Origin: Eledone cirrhosa
Lineage: Eukaryota
Direction of reading: 5' to 3'
Assembly: GCA_964016885.1 (NCBI GenBank)
Contig: OZ024741.1
Location: 344,162,001-344,226,000, forward strand
DNA length: 64,000 bases
The notes beneath the pieces were generated by a model, which ran no database searches, was not told where the DNA came from, and was given only the letters and a program-made list of their open reading frames with translations. How positions within the stretch are numbered: position 1 is the first letter of the stretch; each line of letters starts with the position of its first letter. A program made the translations under genes and the position numbers. Below, piece by piece: positions 25,059-39,946 of the stretch.

Positions 25059-27542
25059 GAAATAAAGGTCTCAAACCAGCGTTCTAAATATCTAGCCAAG
25101 CCATGCTGACAGGAAATAGTATAGAGTATCTGTTCTATCTCTAATATCAAAGAGTTAAAATTAGGTGGATAAAGAGTAGTCTCCCTTTAAAAGGGGTTTG
25201 TTTAGGGTTTTTTTATTTTAATTTTATATACATGCCTGTATAAGTGTGTGGGAGAATGCATGAAGGTGTAAGTATGTGAGTGTGTGTGTGTGTGAGTGTG
25301 AGAAGATAAGTCTATTCGTAAATGTGGGGGGTAGGTGTTATCTGGTGTTAGAACTGGTTTAGTGTGTGTATGTGTGAGAGAGAATAAGTGGAGGTGTAAG
25401 CGTGTGTGTGTGCGCGTGCGTGTGTGTGTATGGGGTGTGTAAATATGGGGCTAGGGGCCCTATCAGGTTATAAATTGGGTGTTGAGTTCTAGTCTATTAT
25501 TGATTGGTGGTTGTGTTTTATCTATAATTAGTGCTTCCTTAATTCTAAGATTGCCGAGGTTTCTTTCCTTAGTTTCTATCCTAACTGTTATGGTTTTGTC
25601 GGTGTTTTTGCATTTAACTAGGTGTTTCTTAAATGAGGAGGCGTTAGTATTGAGGTGTTCTTTTATTCTTATGTGGAGTGGTCTGGTGGTGCTACCTACG
25701 TAGAAGTTGTTGCATTTGTCACACTCTAGTCTGTATACGACGTAAGCCTGGTGGCATAGGTCTGTGTCGTTGATGGGGCAGTTGGCTAGTCTGCAGCAGT
25801 TGTCATGTCTGGTGGAGTGTTTCTTGGCCAGCCGGTGGAGTGTTGCCTTCCTCTGTTACCCTGAGTTGGAAGTCTAGTAGGGATAGGGATCCGCGGTCAT
25901 CGGGGTGTTCCATGCTGAACTTTATACTGGCGTCCATGCTGGAGAATGTTCTGTATATTTTATCTGCCTCCTCACGGGATGATGTAAGGATGAGTATGTC
26001 ATCTACATATCGGGTGAAGAAGGCATGGGAATGGCAGGTGTTGAGGGCTCGGCATTCTAGCTGGTTCATGTAGGTGCTGGCCAGCAGGCCCGATAGGCTG
26101 GATCCCATGGGTAATCCTGTTGTCTGTCTGTATGTGTGGTGGTGGATGGTGAGGTACGTGTTGTCTACTGTGAAGGACAAAAGCTGGTGTATGTCCGTCG
26201 GGTGGAGGCCGTAGCAGTGTATGTCCTCTGCGACCACGCAGTCCGTCAATAAATCGATAAACGATGCCTGAATAACAACATCATCCCCAAAACTATCAAA
26301 AATCTGCACCTACCAACATGCTTCAAATCACCAGGCCTCAAACGATCACTTAGTTACATACAAAAATTCTGCCTAAGAAAACTCATACAACACCTACACC
26401 GCACGCTACAACAACACATACGGACTATTTCCAGCCTTGTACCACAACTCGCTGAAACCCCAGAACCTCTGTCCAGAGTCATCTCCGCCACTATAGACAG
26501 GTGATACCACCACCGCCGAGACTACGAGAAAATACGTCTAACGCAAACATTTCTCAAACTCAACACAGCTAACTGTCTTAACAACATCTCAACTCTAAAC
26601 ACCAACAGAGGCGAACAAGACGTTACCAACACCGAACCTAGCGGCGCCCCGACCAACAACACACCTGACGCAAAACACCTCGTCACAGACTTGACAGGAT
26701 CCCTCTCCCGATAGGAATTAGACCTCCTCAGCCTGGGTCCCAAGTTCATATTGAAACAGAGACTGGACGACAAATTATGGCTCGACATAGAAACGAATTT
26801 CTGTTGGGCTGCCTACCAACTAAAATGGATATCGACTCTCGACAACAACACCACGGAATCCATCAAACCCAGATTCCCGATATACCAACTGGATCGCCCA
26901 CTCTGTCCACCGCCTGCCAACCGCGAGCTTGAAGAAAAACTCTCGAGACTAAAACATTCCGTATCTAACATCTTACGGCGAGTTGTGTCCTCTCCAGGAC
27001 ACAACAACTCGCCCTGAAGAACCTACGGAATAGGGGACTTATATACTTACCATCCGACAAAGGTAAAGAGTTTTGCGTCATCTCTCAAGCCACATACAAT
27101 AACCTAGACTTCGAACACCTAAGCGACAGTGAATTATACACAGTGATCCCGGACATGACTGCAGCCCAGATCGAAAAACAGACCAACTCCATTTGGTTCG
27201 ATATCTGTAGGAGAAGACAACTCCCAAATAAAGTTAAGCTCTAGAAATAGCAGACTGCCCACTTTCTACCACCTCATCAAGACCCACAAGAATAGTACTA
27301 AGACGCAAATAAGACCCATCGTCTCTAGCATAGAAGGACCCCTATACAAAATTTCCTGGCTCCTCTCCCAGGTCCTCAAGCCTCTACTCTCCACCTTTCC
27401 CGGGCATGTCAGTAGCTCCGACGAAGTTATACGTAGACTACACCAACTCCAGCCAGAACAACTTAAACTAAATAAATACGCTTTTAGCCTCGACGTTGTC
27501 TCCCTCTACACTACAGTCCCCGCTCATTCAGCTGTCGATTTA

Positions 27543-28691
27543 TTGACGGACTGCGTGGTCGCAGAGGACAACCACTGCTACGGCCTCCACCCGACGAACA
27601 TACACCAGCTTTTGTCCTTCACAGTAGACAACACGTACTTCACCTTCCACCACCACACATACAGACAGACAACAGGATTACCCATGGGATCCAGCCTATC
27701 GGGCCTGCTGGCCAGCACCTACATGAACCAGCTAGAATGCCGAGCCCTCAACACCTGCCATTCCCATGCCTTCTTCACCCGATATGTAGATGACATACTC
27801 ATCCTTACATCATCCCGTGAGGAGGCAGATAAAATATACACAACATTCTCCAGCATGGACGCCAGTATAAAGTTCAGCATGGAACACCCCGATGACCGCG
27901 GATCCCTATCCCTACTGGACTTCGAACTCAGGTTAACAGAGGAAGGCAACATCCACACCTGCTTCTATAAAAAATCCGCCAGCAGGGACCTGTTCGTACA
28001 TTTCAGATCGGCCCTCCCACTCAGTGCCAAGTTCGGATACATAAGGAACGAACTGGCACGTATCCGGAACAAATGCACCGACGCTAGAGACCGAGACACA
28101 CACACCACACATTTCCTGGAAGTACTCAAACTGAACGGATACACGACATCCACCACAAACCGTGCCAGAAAGAACAGAGGACACCACACCCGAGGCACTA
28201 ACACTTGCTTCCTGAAGCTCCCACACTTCAGTGAAGAAACAACAACAGCCATCCACAGAGCCATCAGACGAGAGGGACTGGATATCCAACTGGCCCACTC
28301 GGGTCCTTCTCTGCGCGGACGGCTGGCCAAGAAACACTCCACCAGACATGACAACTGCTGCAGACTAGCCAACTGCCCCATCAACGACACAGACCTATGC
28401 CACCAGGCTTACGTCGTATACAGACTAGAGTGTGACAAATGCAACAACTTCTACGTAGGTAGCACCACCAGACCACTCCACATAAGAATAAAAGAACACC
28501 TCAATACTAACGCCTCCTCATTTAAGAAACACCTAGTTAAATGCAAAAACACCGACAAAACCATAACAGTTAGGATAGAAACTAAGGAAAGAAACCTCGG
28601 CAATCTTAGAATTAAGGAAGCACTAATTATAGATAAAACACAACCACCAATCAATAATAGACTAGAACTCAACACCCAATTTATAACCTGA
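27543..28691 (+). CDS. PLE reverse transcriptase (C-terminal part) plus GIY-YIG endonuclease
   Basis: GLPMGSSLS, RYVDDI, LSLLD, VVYRLECDKCNNFYVGSTTRPLHIRIKEH, IKEALII. Upstream RT motifs (RPIVS, SLDVVSLYT) lie in the disrupted 5' part. Confidence 0.9.
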   Translation: MTDCVVAEDNHCYGLHPTNIHQLLSFTVDNTYFTFHHHTYRQTTGLPMGSSLSGLLASTYMNQLECRALNTCHSHAFFTRYVDDILILTSSREEADKIYTTFSSMDASIKFSMEHPDDRGSLSLLDFELRLTEEGNIHTCFYKKSASRDLFVHFRSALPLSAKFGYIRNELARIRNKCTDARDRDTHTTHFLEVLKLNGYTTSTTNRARKNRGHHTRGTNTCFLKLPHFSEETTTAIHRAIRREGLDIQLAHSGPSLRGRLAKKHSTRHDNCCRLANCPINDTDLCHQAYVVYRLECDKCNNFYVGSTTRPLHIRIKEHLNTNASSFKKHLVKCKNTDKTITVRIETKERNLGNLRIKEALIIDKTQPPINNRLELNTQFIT

Positions 28692-29093
28692 TAGGGCCCC
28701 TAGCCCCATATTTACACACCCCATACACACACACGCTCGCGCACACACACACGCTTACACCTCCACTTATTCTCTCTCACACATACACACACTAAACCAG
28801 TTCTAACACCAGATAACACCTACCCCCCACATTTACGAATAGACTTATCTTCTCACACTCACACACACACACTCACATACTTACACCTTCATGCATTCTC
28901 CCACACACTTATACAGGCATGTATATAAAATTAAAATAAAAAAACCCTAAACAAACCCCTTTTAAAGGGAGACTACTCTTTATCCACCTAATTTTAACTC
29001 TTTGATATTAGAGATAGAACAGATACTCTATACTATTTCCTGTCAGCATGGCTTGGCTAGATATTTAGAACGCTGGTTTGAGACCTTTATTTC

Positions 29094-29128
29094 CCTCTGA
29101 AGAAGAGATATTATCTCGAAAATGAAGG
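29094..29128 (+). ncRNA. Minimal hammerhead in PLE terminal repeat (U16.1 mutated)
   Basis: Same as 25024-25058 but GAAAATGA instead of GAAAATTA. Confidence 0.6.
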
Positions 29129-29309
29129 ACATTTAAATAAATTTAAGGTAAAGGACGAATTGTCAACAATATCTTTTACAATTGCATTCTTCTTTCTATG
29201 TCCATACCTGCATTGTTTTGGCTTTATTACACATATTCAAACGTTTATACCTCATTACACAATGCTTCAAGTGAACTATAACCTCCTCCATATATATATA
29301 TATTTGTAC

Positions 29310-29348
<39 letters not shown>

Positions 29349-30272
29349 TATAGGGAACTAAACAAAAGAAGAGGAAGGGAATCACGTGCTTCACGGGTGA
29401 TATTATAATATCGGCAACAAGTAGAAAAGATTGTGGTCATCGGCCATCGATATGGGTGTATACATATTCAACCCCTTCCGTCGGTATTGCTTGTTGCAGT
29501 ATATGACAACACAGTCAGCCATTATCCTTGGAGTATTAAGACCAAAAGAAAAAAAGAACTATGTGCATAGGATTTGATGTACGATATTTAAGTCGTATAT
29601 TACATCACGAAAAGGTTGAGTTAAACCTGAATATGAATGCACACGTACGTAATAGGCGACAACTTGAGAATAACATTTTTACTGATTTTAACTGGCAGTA
29701 CTGTCAGTAGAAAGGTAACCAATTGCCGGAATCGTTAGAATGTCGAGTAGAATGCTTTGCGGGATTCATTCGGGCTCTGTGTTCTCTAAGTTCAATTCCC
29801 ACCGAGATCAATTTTAACTTTCATTAATTCAAAGTCGTTAAAAATGTACCAGTCTAGTACTAGGGTCGATTCTGCCTCTATATATCTTTGTCATTTCCGC
29901 TCTGTCGCTTTCTCTCCTTCTTTGGAAGCAATCTGCTGTGTTCAGTCTTGGATAGGAGATGGGCTCTCCCAGGCTTAAAATGCACCAGAAACGCCGTATA
30001 CCACAATGGTTGCCCTACGATTCCATCAGGAGTTATGGGACTGTTAGTATGGTTTGAAACTGTGTACGTCCATTTCGACGGCTGATGACAATGGAGTTTC
30101 TTTCCTTTCACGTTACTCTTTTGCGCTTATTTCGTCTTGGTGTCCACCACGCTATTGTTTCGCGCTGCGCTTTTTTTAAACTTATTAACTATAAAGTAAA
30201 TATTTAATTATGACTGACGAAATGTTTTCATCCTCGTCACCAGCATCTCATTCTTACGCCATTTGTAAAAAG

Positions 30273-30359
<87 letters not shown>

Positions 30360-31299
30360 TGTGTTTGTGTTTAATATGTATGTGTATTTCGTGGGTTAAT
30401 GTGCTTGTTTTCATTGATGCAAGTTTGTGGGACGGCGTTATTTCTCCATTAATCTCTACAAATGCCTTTTTATCTATGCTCATTTTTATTTCTAAAATAT
30501 CCAGGATTTGGTGGAGTGGCGGATTCTAATATACGAAATTTACTGATAATTATTTAAGGTCAAAATCATATACTTAAGAGTCCACATGTATATCATGACT
30601 CATACTCTATTCACTTTCCTGACATTTGTACATTATTCTCAATTATTCTATGTACTATAAATGTACCTTTGGTGAGTTCTAGTGTACCTGAGCACTGTAC
30701 ACAATAATTTCATTATGATTGTTATTATTATTTTAAACCAAAACCTTTTTAGTGTATAATAAGCAGTTTGAGCTACATTGAATATATATATACAAACAAT
30801 TATTTATTTACTCATTTTTCTTCCAACTAAAATTATATTTTACAAAGCATACATACATACCACTGCACGGTTCATTTTTCTGGCGGGGTTTCATGAAACT
30901 ACATCTATTTTCACGTACTTAGCATACTACAACTGTGGAACATTAAATCTTGGGAGTCGAGGTTATTTTTCTACCATCAAAACAAGGCGTCCTTCCTCAA
31001 ACAGAAACATGTGTAGAACTGAGCAACTAAGAAACTTTATGTTGTTTTATCTCACTTTTAAAGTTTCATCTTGTCTTATTTACCATGTAAAAACAAGTGA
31101 AAAATAAATATCCTACAAATATATAAAGTTATGGAACTGGTATGTAAATTAAAACACAAAAACTGTTTCAAGAGCCGAAGGACATTCTCAGTCTGAGACA
31201 TTTTCTTATTTATTATAATCTAATAACAATAATATATATGTATATATGTGTGTATCAATATACATGTATTATAAATATATACGCACACATACACATACA

Positions 31300-33405
31300 C
31301 ACATACATATCTACCTAGTTGATGTTGTGTAAATTCCAATGAGAGAGTCTTGTATCTATGTTAGAAACCGACTCTCTCTATTAGCAAACATTTGTGAAAT
31401 TATAAAAGCAGAAGAACAAACATACATACATACTTACATGCATACATACATACATACATACATACATACATACATACATACATACATACATACATACATA
31501 CATACATACATACATACATACATACATACATACATTCATCTTGTCATTAAGCCCCTTGTCCTTTCTGCTCAAGAAATGTGAGGGATACATCATTGGCTCA
31601 CAGGAGGACAGAAATACGAACCTAACTCATAATTTCTTTGTGGACGATCTGAAACTCTATGCCAAGAACATGGATGTGATGAAGAAAAATCTTGACCTGG
31701 TTACAACGTTCTCAAAGGATATAGGAATGGAGTTTGGCCAAGATAAATGCTCATACATGACTGTAAAGCCAGGAAAAACAACAACCCAATCTAGCAACAT
31801 TGTCATCAATGGCCTAGCTGTTTCACCGATATCTGATGAGGACTGCTACGGATACCTGGGGATAGATGAGAACATATCCTATAATGGTATCTGTAATAAA
31901 GAACGCGTAACCAGGGAATAATACACCCGATTAAGAAAGATCTAGTCATCGGAACTCTCTGCGCAAAACAAAACAGTGGCTCACAGTGTGTTTGCTGTGC
32001 CTGTCCTAACACCAACGTTTGGAATACTCAATTGGACGATAGACGAAATCCGAGCAGTTGATGTTGGAACTCGAAAAATACTGAACGACACCGGAAACTT
32101 CCTCATCAACAGTGACGTAGACCGCCTTTATTTGAAGCGTAGGCAGGGAGGTAGAGGCCTAACATCAGTCCAGACAACATTTGAATGTCGCATCATATCT
32201 CTCCGACAACATCTACGAACCTCGAAGCGTAGGAGCCCGTTTCTCGAGCAAGTCTATCTGCATGAAACAGATAAGATCATGAGAGTTGGAAAGGAACTCC
32301 TTGAGAGATATTCCCTGTGTGATAATCAAAAACTCACACCCAGGGATTCACTCAGCAGTATCGCAGTGAATCCAGGGATGAAAAACTGCATGCCTATCGG
32401 CAAAAAAGTCATGCATGGATATGTTGCCAGGAAATAAGGAAAGTGGTCTATCTTGGACCAACAACCGCTGTATTGGCTCCCATTTTAAAGGAAACGCTTT
32501 TGCAATCCAGGAACAGGAGATTGGAACGGAATGCCTGATTCACAAAAGAGATAGAGATGCAGGCAAAACACCTAGATGTGATAACAAGTGCAGACTCTGC
32601 AGAACTAACATCAAGGATATCACCCATGTCATCAGCAACTGTCCAGGGATGTCATCGCGGTACTATCTACCTATGAGGCATGATGTGGTGGCCAAGACGC
32701 TGTGAAATGTGATTCGTAAAAAAGATAGCCCGATGGTAAACACATTAGGGGCTACAACAATGTGGAAGACATCCATGTACATAATATGAAAGAGTACTGG
32801 TGGAATGTTCCAGTAAAACCCCAATAAAATGCAGGCATAACAGACCAGATATTATGATATGGGACAGGGAGTAGAAAATATGCACAGTAGTGGAAATTAG
32901 CTGCCCAGCAGATGCCAATATAATATCAAAGATTAGTGAAAAGGAGAATATTTATGCAGGACTGATGAGAAATCTGCAGATACTCCACCCTGTTAACACC
33001 TTCAGATTTATGCCTGTGATTATTGGGGCACTGGGATATGTTAGTAACTGCCTCAATACAAATCTTGAGAAGCTAGGCTTCATAGGAACAGAAAGAACAC
33101 AACTAGTTAGGAAACTACAAGTACAATCCATTAATGGAACAGTAAAAATATGTAAAACATTCCAAAAATGTTGCATCTAATAACTGCATATACACATGTA
33201 CAGATACAAAGCATATACACATGGACACATACAACTCAAAACATACACATCCACACATACAATAACATCCATATCTACACATGCATACATACATATCTAC
33301 CTAGTTGATGTTGTGTAAATTCCAATGAGAGAGTCTTGTGTCTTTGTTAGAAACCCACACTCTCTCTATTGGTAAAACTTTGTGAAATTATAAAACCAGA
33401 AGAAC
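31300..33405 (+). mobile_element. 5'-truncated, decayed R4-clade LINE (31540-33405) preceded by a second 3'-end copy (31300-31420), both followed by (CATA)n
   Basis: FFVDDLKLY, YGYLG, RLYLKR..GGRGL, CRLC..ITHVISNC, RHD, EISCP. The 3' UTR ctacctagttgatgttgtgtaaattcc...agaagaaca is duplicated. Confidence 0.85.
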
Positions 33406-35176
33406 ATGCATATACATACATACATACATACATACATACATACATACATACATACATACATACATACATACATACATACATACATACATACATACATAAG
33501 TCGGAGTGAGCAGCGAATATATGCATATACCTATACTTTTCTAAATGGTTATATTTCCATATTAATGTATTCGGAATATTTTGTCATATTTCAAATGTAT
33601 CTTTACTTAAGTTAGTATATATATATCATATAATACGCTGTTAGTCGTATTTTACAATTATCATAGTCGGTTTATTGCCAAAGACACGCGATTTTTCTAT
33701 ATTTCAACAGGAAATATGTATTTGAAAAGACAGGGATTACGCAACTATTAAAAAGGTCGTAACATCCGTTTTATAGCTAGTTGTGAACATGTAATGAGAT
33801 TTAGAAACTCCATATATTCGGTTGCACATTACGTGAGCTTTACACATCTTCCTCTTTACATCAAAAAATTTGCTAGTTTATCATGAATCTAACGCTATAG
33901 TAAGTTTATATTGTGCGTTTGCATTGACACACATACACACACAAACACACACATATATACATAAACGTGTGTATATGTATCAATATATAGTTATATAGTT
34001 ATCTGTGTGCGTGTATACAAAAACACATATAATATATACATATATACACAGATTATTTTTATGTCTATAAATATATCGGTATGTATGTATATATAGATAT
34101 ATATATGTGTGTGGGGGGAGTTGTATATATATATATATATATGTGTGTGTGGGGGGGGGGGGAGGGTTCCTATAAAATAAGCGATTATTATTAGAAATCA
34201 TTGTTGTATTTGTTTTCTGAATTGTTTGACACGCTTGATTTGGCCCGTAGCTTTTGTTTTAGTTTCTCAAAAAGTTTACCTGCCTAGGGATTTGTTATTG
34301 TTAATTTCCTGTTAAATTCGTGTCCTGCTTTGAATCATAAAAAGAGCAGCCTATATATTGAGCCCTTCCGGGCAGAAATTTCAAAAGGATTTTTTTAAAT
34401 TATATTTTTAAAATCAAACATTATATATGGTGTCAGTTCCTTATTCACTCCCTTTCACTCCTATGAAAACATTTAAAATGATATGCAAGGTTGATCTGAG
34501 TAGATGTTTTTGATTATGGTTCTACATGCAAGACATACATTGATATTCAATGAAGACATAATTTGTAGTGATCAATATTCCACACATATGAATAGATATA
34601 AACATACACATACACGTACCGCAGGTCCGAACGAAGATGAACCGAACTCCCAATGTCATCACCCCCATCTCACTCGCCCTTCCTACGTCTCAGTATTATC
34701 ATCATATGGGGTCCCACGCGCTGGCCACCCCACGGCCCCCGGTAGACAGAATAGAGAAGGCGTTTCTCCGGATGAAACTCTTTCACTTGCATATCCCGCC
34801 GTTGCCACTATTACAACAAGCAGTCCGCCGAGGTTAACTTTGCCTTTCATCCTTACGAGGTCGATAAAATAAAGTACCAGTAATGCACTGGGGTCTATTT
34901 AATTGACTTTCCCCTCTCCCAAAATGATTGGCCTTGGGCCTATAGTAGAAATCACTATTACAACAAGCAGTAATAGCAACAACAACAACAACAAAGCATG
35001 AGAAACTATTGTTGGATGTGATGTCTCTTCGATGTAGTGGAAAATACGGTTACTTACTGCTCCATCGGAGCAAATCGCGCGGGGTAATAGAGTATGAGGA
35101 ATTCAATAAAAAAGATACCTTAAGCATGTGATGGGACATAAGGCTAAAAAAACCCAAGAAAATTATTACAGTAGAT

Positions 35177-35436
35177 CAGTCATGGGCAACCTGTGGCCCG
35201 CGAAGCTTTGTGAATGGGTCGCCTAAGTCACTTAAGTGAAATCTTTCTGATTTTTTTACTCCAACTTTTCAGTCGTAAGTTATCTTTCTATCATTTTTAT
35301 GATCGAGTAAAACAACGTGTACGAATTCTGAAGAAACAAATTAAAACAACTTGAGTTACGACCTTTCTTTTTAATGTGGGCACAAATGTAAATTAGTGCT
35401 TGCGGCCCGCTTCTCGAAAAAGGTTCCCCATGCCTG
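35177..35436. mobile_element. hAT (Charlie-like) MITE
   Basis: TIRs CAGTCATGGGCAACC/GGTTCCCCATGCCTG, subterminal GGCCCGC motifs, and a degenerate 8-bp TSD with central TA. Confidence 0.7.
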
Positions 35437-35469
35437 CTATACATGTAAGGTTCCAAGCAGCGTGAAAAG

Positions 35470-36625
35470 TGAAGGCCCTTTTTATAACACTTCTGAATAT
35501 CGAGGAAAAATTATTATGGCCAGTGTTTTAGAAAAATGAGGGTTACCTACCTGCCGTGCGAAATTCCATCCACTTGTTGGTGACGACTGTCACCAACAAA
35601 ATGGGTGTGGGCGTAACAATGTTGGATGTGTACAAGTGTAAAAATTCATCTCTGAACTGATCTGCCAGCCAAGAAGACACCATTTCTGTTTGAGAGTATG
35701 GAGCAGTAGGGCTTTTCACTCACAGCTAATGAGTTTTACTAATTCCACAAATACAATGGCAATATTCCCTAAATCGGGCAACTATACTAGGAGCAACAGC
35801 AGCCACGAAGACTGCAACCACAACAGCAGTGAAGGCTACCAAATGGAACAACAGCAACAATATCAGCGTCGATAGCAACAACAATGACACAAAACAACCC
35901 CAAAACAACATCACAGAATATTTCACTCACCACTTCGGATCTCTCAGATATATCGTGCGGAAAAGTAAGAGGGACAAAATATCCTCACTCCCCTACAAAA
36001 AAGGAAAGAAAGAAAATAAACATAAGAAGGAAAGAAAACACTACAGACACATGAACCACTACAAACCGAACTCACACCCAAACCAAGAACAAGTTCACCT
36101 GTAAAACAAACAATAGAAGATTATCATTATCATTGCTGAGGATCGGATACCATGGACAATTGCACCAATGCTAATAATCGATATAATATAGTATGTCCAT
36201 AATTCTCATAGGAAAAAATGTGACATTGGTGGGTTATTAATACTCTTCAGCAACAAGAAATTAATGAATGACATATATAAATAGACAATGATAACACCGC
36301 ACAAACAAGTAGCTTAGCAGCACTTAAAGCCGTACAAACAATTCAAGACAGACACATCATGCAAAAATATCCGAAGGCAATCGGAGATTTCCGTGAAACT
36401 ATGAAAAGAATATCTCCAAAACCTTACGCGAGTAAAGTCCACCCCCACCCCCACCCCCACCTCTCACCGATGAGCAGGAACGACAGATCATCCTGCAACA
36501 TGGTCATAATCTAAATAAGAACTAAGAATGCTCTGGAATTAACTTTGAAGCACTCGATATAGATATGGTGGCAATTAAAGAGACGAGATTATTTGAAGTA
36601 GGAGCTTTCACGCCTATGTTCGGCA
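35470..36625 (+). pseudogene. Decayed, deleted Tx1-like ORF1/ORF2 5' remnant
   Basis: KYPKAIGDFR and LDIDMVAIKETRLFEVGAFTPMFG resemble KFPNAVGDFR and LNIDVVAISETRISEARAFAPIFG of the 10.4-16.4 kb element. Confidence 0.65.
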
Positions 36626-37517
36626 AAGAGGTGAGGTATATGTATATATATATATATATATATATAAGTGTATATATATATATACATATACACTGACTTC
36701 ATAGGTTTGGGCTTCTGGCTGGGTATGGTGTATTACAATTACTTCTATGCGTATGCACCAAATTAATTTGTTGAGCACATTGTAAACGAGATCGAAATTA
36801 CTAAATATTTAAATCCTTATTATTTGCTAACTCATCACTTCATATAAGTAGGCTGAATTTACTTGCAAACCGCCAGAGATTCGATTTTACTGATTTCCAA
36901 TTATATTAATCTCCTAGATTTAATAATTAACCAATTAATTTAATTGGAAAATTCTGTTGATTGGTTAATTATTTGTGTTAGTTTTATAACATCTAGTCGA
37001 GAGCTTATCATGATGATTAGCGGAAATTAAGATATTTCCATTCACTAGCATTTGAATTGACCCGCCAAAAACCAGGGGTTATTTCCCTTGCCGGAATTAA
37101 CACGTGATAACTATAGATTCGATTAGCAGCCATACGAGCGGCAACATATTTTATGACTCCTGATTCTAAGCAGAACGAAAACCTGTTGATAAACTGAGTC
37201 CTATGTTCAGTCACCAATGCCACGACCTTGTCATTCAAGTAAGTCTGATATTGGATTTCGGAGTCAGAGAAACACTTCAAACGCTTGTTTGATTTGTCCA
37301 GGTGTATTTTTCTCAACCTGATTAGTTTTATCGTTCCTTTGGTATATATTGTGTGTTAGTTTAGCCTACCACAATGTTCGATTTGTCAAGCTATTTAAAC
37401 CTATGTTATAACTCTGAGATCTATCTTATCGAGTGCTTTGCTAACTCATCATTCCATATAAGTAGGCCGATTTAGTTGCAAACCGCCAGAGATTCGATTT
37501 TAGTGATTTCCAATTAT

Positions 37518-37587
<70 letters not shown>

Positions 37588-37902
37588 CCAATAAGAAACA
37601 CACGCACCAGTTGCTTTCACTTCAATTTATTATATATTTATAAATTTACAAATCTACAAACTTATAAATTTCTGGTTGGTTGGTTCGTTCCACAACCAGA
37701 TAGTTGTTTATATATAGTCATAGTCCTTTCGTCACACATTCTGTGACCTTTACAGTGACTGGGGATTCCTTTCTTTGTTTCTGTGCCTTTCCTTTCTTCT
37801 CTGTGTGTTTCTTATTGGCAACATGACCCTCCCAAAGTATAACAATATCGGTTTCAACACACGATTTCAGATGAAGAATCTTGCTAAACAAATTCAGAAA
37901 CG

Positions 37903-37937
<35 letters not shown>

Positions 37938-37942
<5 letters not shown>

Positions 37943-38341
37943 GTACAGTAGTATGTATATATACATTTATGCACACATATATATTTGCACGTATGGATTC
38001 ACCGAACATTTATTATAATGCTCGGTGTGTTTGTAAACAAACATCCCGTATTAAGCCGTAGTGTCTAGCAACCACCGTTGCTCGTTTGTTCAACACTGAC
38101 AACGAGCAACGGTGGTTGCTAGACACTACGGCTTAATACGGGATGTTTGTTTACAAACACACCGAGCATTATAATAAACGTTCGGTGAATCCATACGTGC
38201 ATATATATATGTGTGCATGTATGTATATATATATACATACTACTGTACGTCTGTATACATATATGTATGTACGTGTACATACTTATATTTAAGTAACAGC
38301 AGTACTAAGAGTGGGAAATGAAATATCGTTTCATTTTTTCC

Positions 38342-38347
<6 letters not shown>
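37938..38347. repeat. Head-to-head palindromic insertion of the ~433-bp HHR repeat family
   Basis: Arms mirror around about 38095 and match the 59.4-60.9 kb units. Confidence 0.85.
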
Positions 38348-38383
<36 letters not shown>

Positions 38384-38438
38384 GAGAGGTATGGAGATTG
38401 TTTTAGCGAGAAGCTAATAGTATTCTATAACATATAGT

Positions 38439-38522
<84 letters not shown>

Positions 38523-38798
38523 CATTTGGATTTTACCATCAATTCCATTTGGGTCCAGGTCTGTTTTTATCATTTATTTTGTTTGACCTGTTTAGCTTGA
38601 TTTGTTTTTTGGGTTAGGTGGTTAATGCCTTCTTGACCACTTCTTCAGTTTGTATGGCGTTTTAACATATTGTTTAGCTCTGGTTTTCTTAACTATTGGA
38701 GCGCTTGCCAGCATATCTACGATTTAGCGTTTCGTTTCGCTTTTTCTACCAGCCGAAATACGATTCTCGCTGAATTTACATTTATTTATATATATATG

Positions 38799-38829
<31 letters not shown>

Positions 38830-39036
38830 ATGCGTGTGTGTTTTCGTGTTTAACAGCTTAATTTTCGTTTGCACATGCGCACGCTCACATATGCACATTG
38901 GAACACACACACCCACACACACGCACGCACACACACACGCACGCACACAAACACACACACACATGGACACACACATACACACACGCACATATATATATAT
39001 ATATAAATATAAATATTTATAAATGTATATATATAC

Positions 39037-39111
<75 letters not shown>

Positions 39112-39208
39112 GCTATGTACATAAGAAAATTACTAAATATAAGTACATATGAAGTTAAATGCTCTTTCCTGCAATAAATATGTAAATGCTTGACCCCACC
39201 CCACCCCT

Positions 39209-39249
<41 letters not shown>

Positions 39250-39552
39250 CTCTCTCTCTATCTATCCCTCTCTCTCGCTCTGTCTTACTTTATATGTATG
39301 TATGCATTCATGTACACTATATGTCCCATAACGCAACATCATACCATCAGTATAATGTCAGAGACTGCATAACGTAGAATACACATACACACACATAAAC
39401 ACACGCCACGCATACGCACACACAAACATACATATACATATATATAAATATATATATATGTGTGTGTGTATGTGTGTACATTTATATATATATATATATG
39501 TGTGTGTGTGTATATATATGTATGTATATATATTTATATATATATATGTATG

Positions 39553-39619
<67 letters not shown>

Positions 39620-39706
39620 ATATATATATGGATGTATATATATATATATATATATTCATGTATATATATATATATATATGTGTATATATATATGTGTGTG
39701 TGTATG

Positions 39707-39744
<38 letters not shown>

Positions 39745-39915
39745 CATATGTATGTGTGTGTGTGTGTATTATATATATATATATATATATGTATGTGTCT
39801 GTGTATATATATATATATACATATATAAGTATATATATATAAATATATATATATTTACGTATGTATGTATATATATATATGTGTGTGTATGTGTATGTGT
39901 ATATGTGTGTGTATA

Positions 39916-39946
<31 letters not shown>

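Larger units (their letters stand above)
24904..29248 (+). mobile_element. Penelope-like element with a 5' inverted partial copy
   Basis: 24904-26257 is the reverse complement of 27535-29248 with a ~370-bp gap. Disrupted ORF at about 26260-28691. Each arm has an HHR. Confidence 0.9.
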
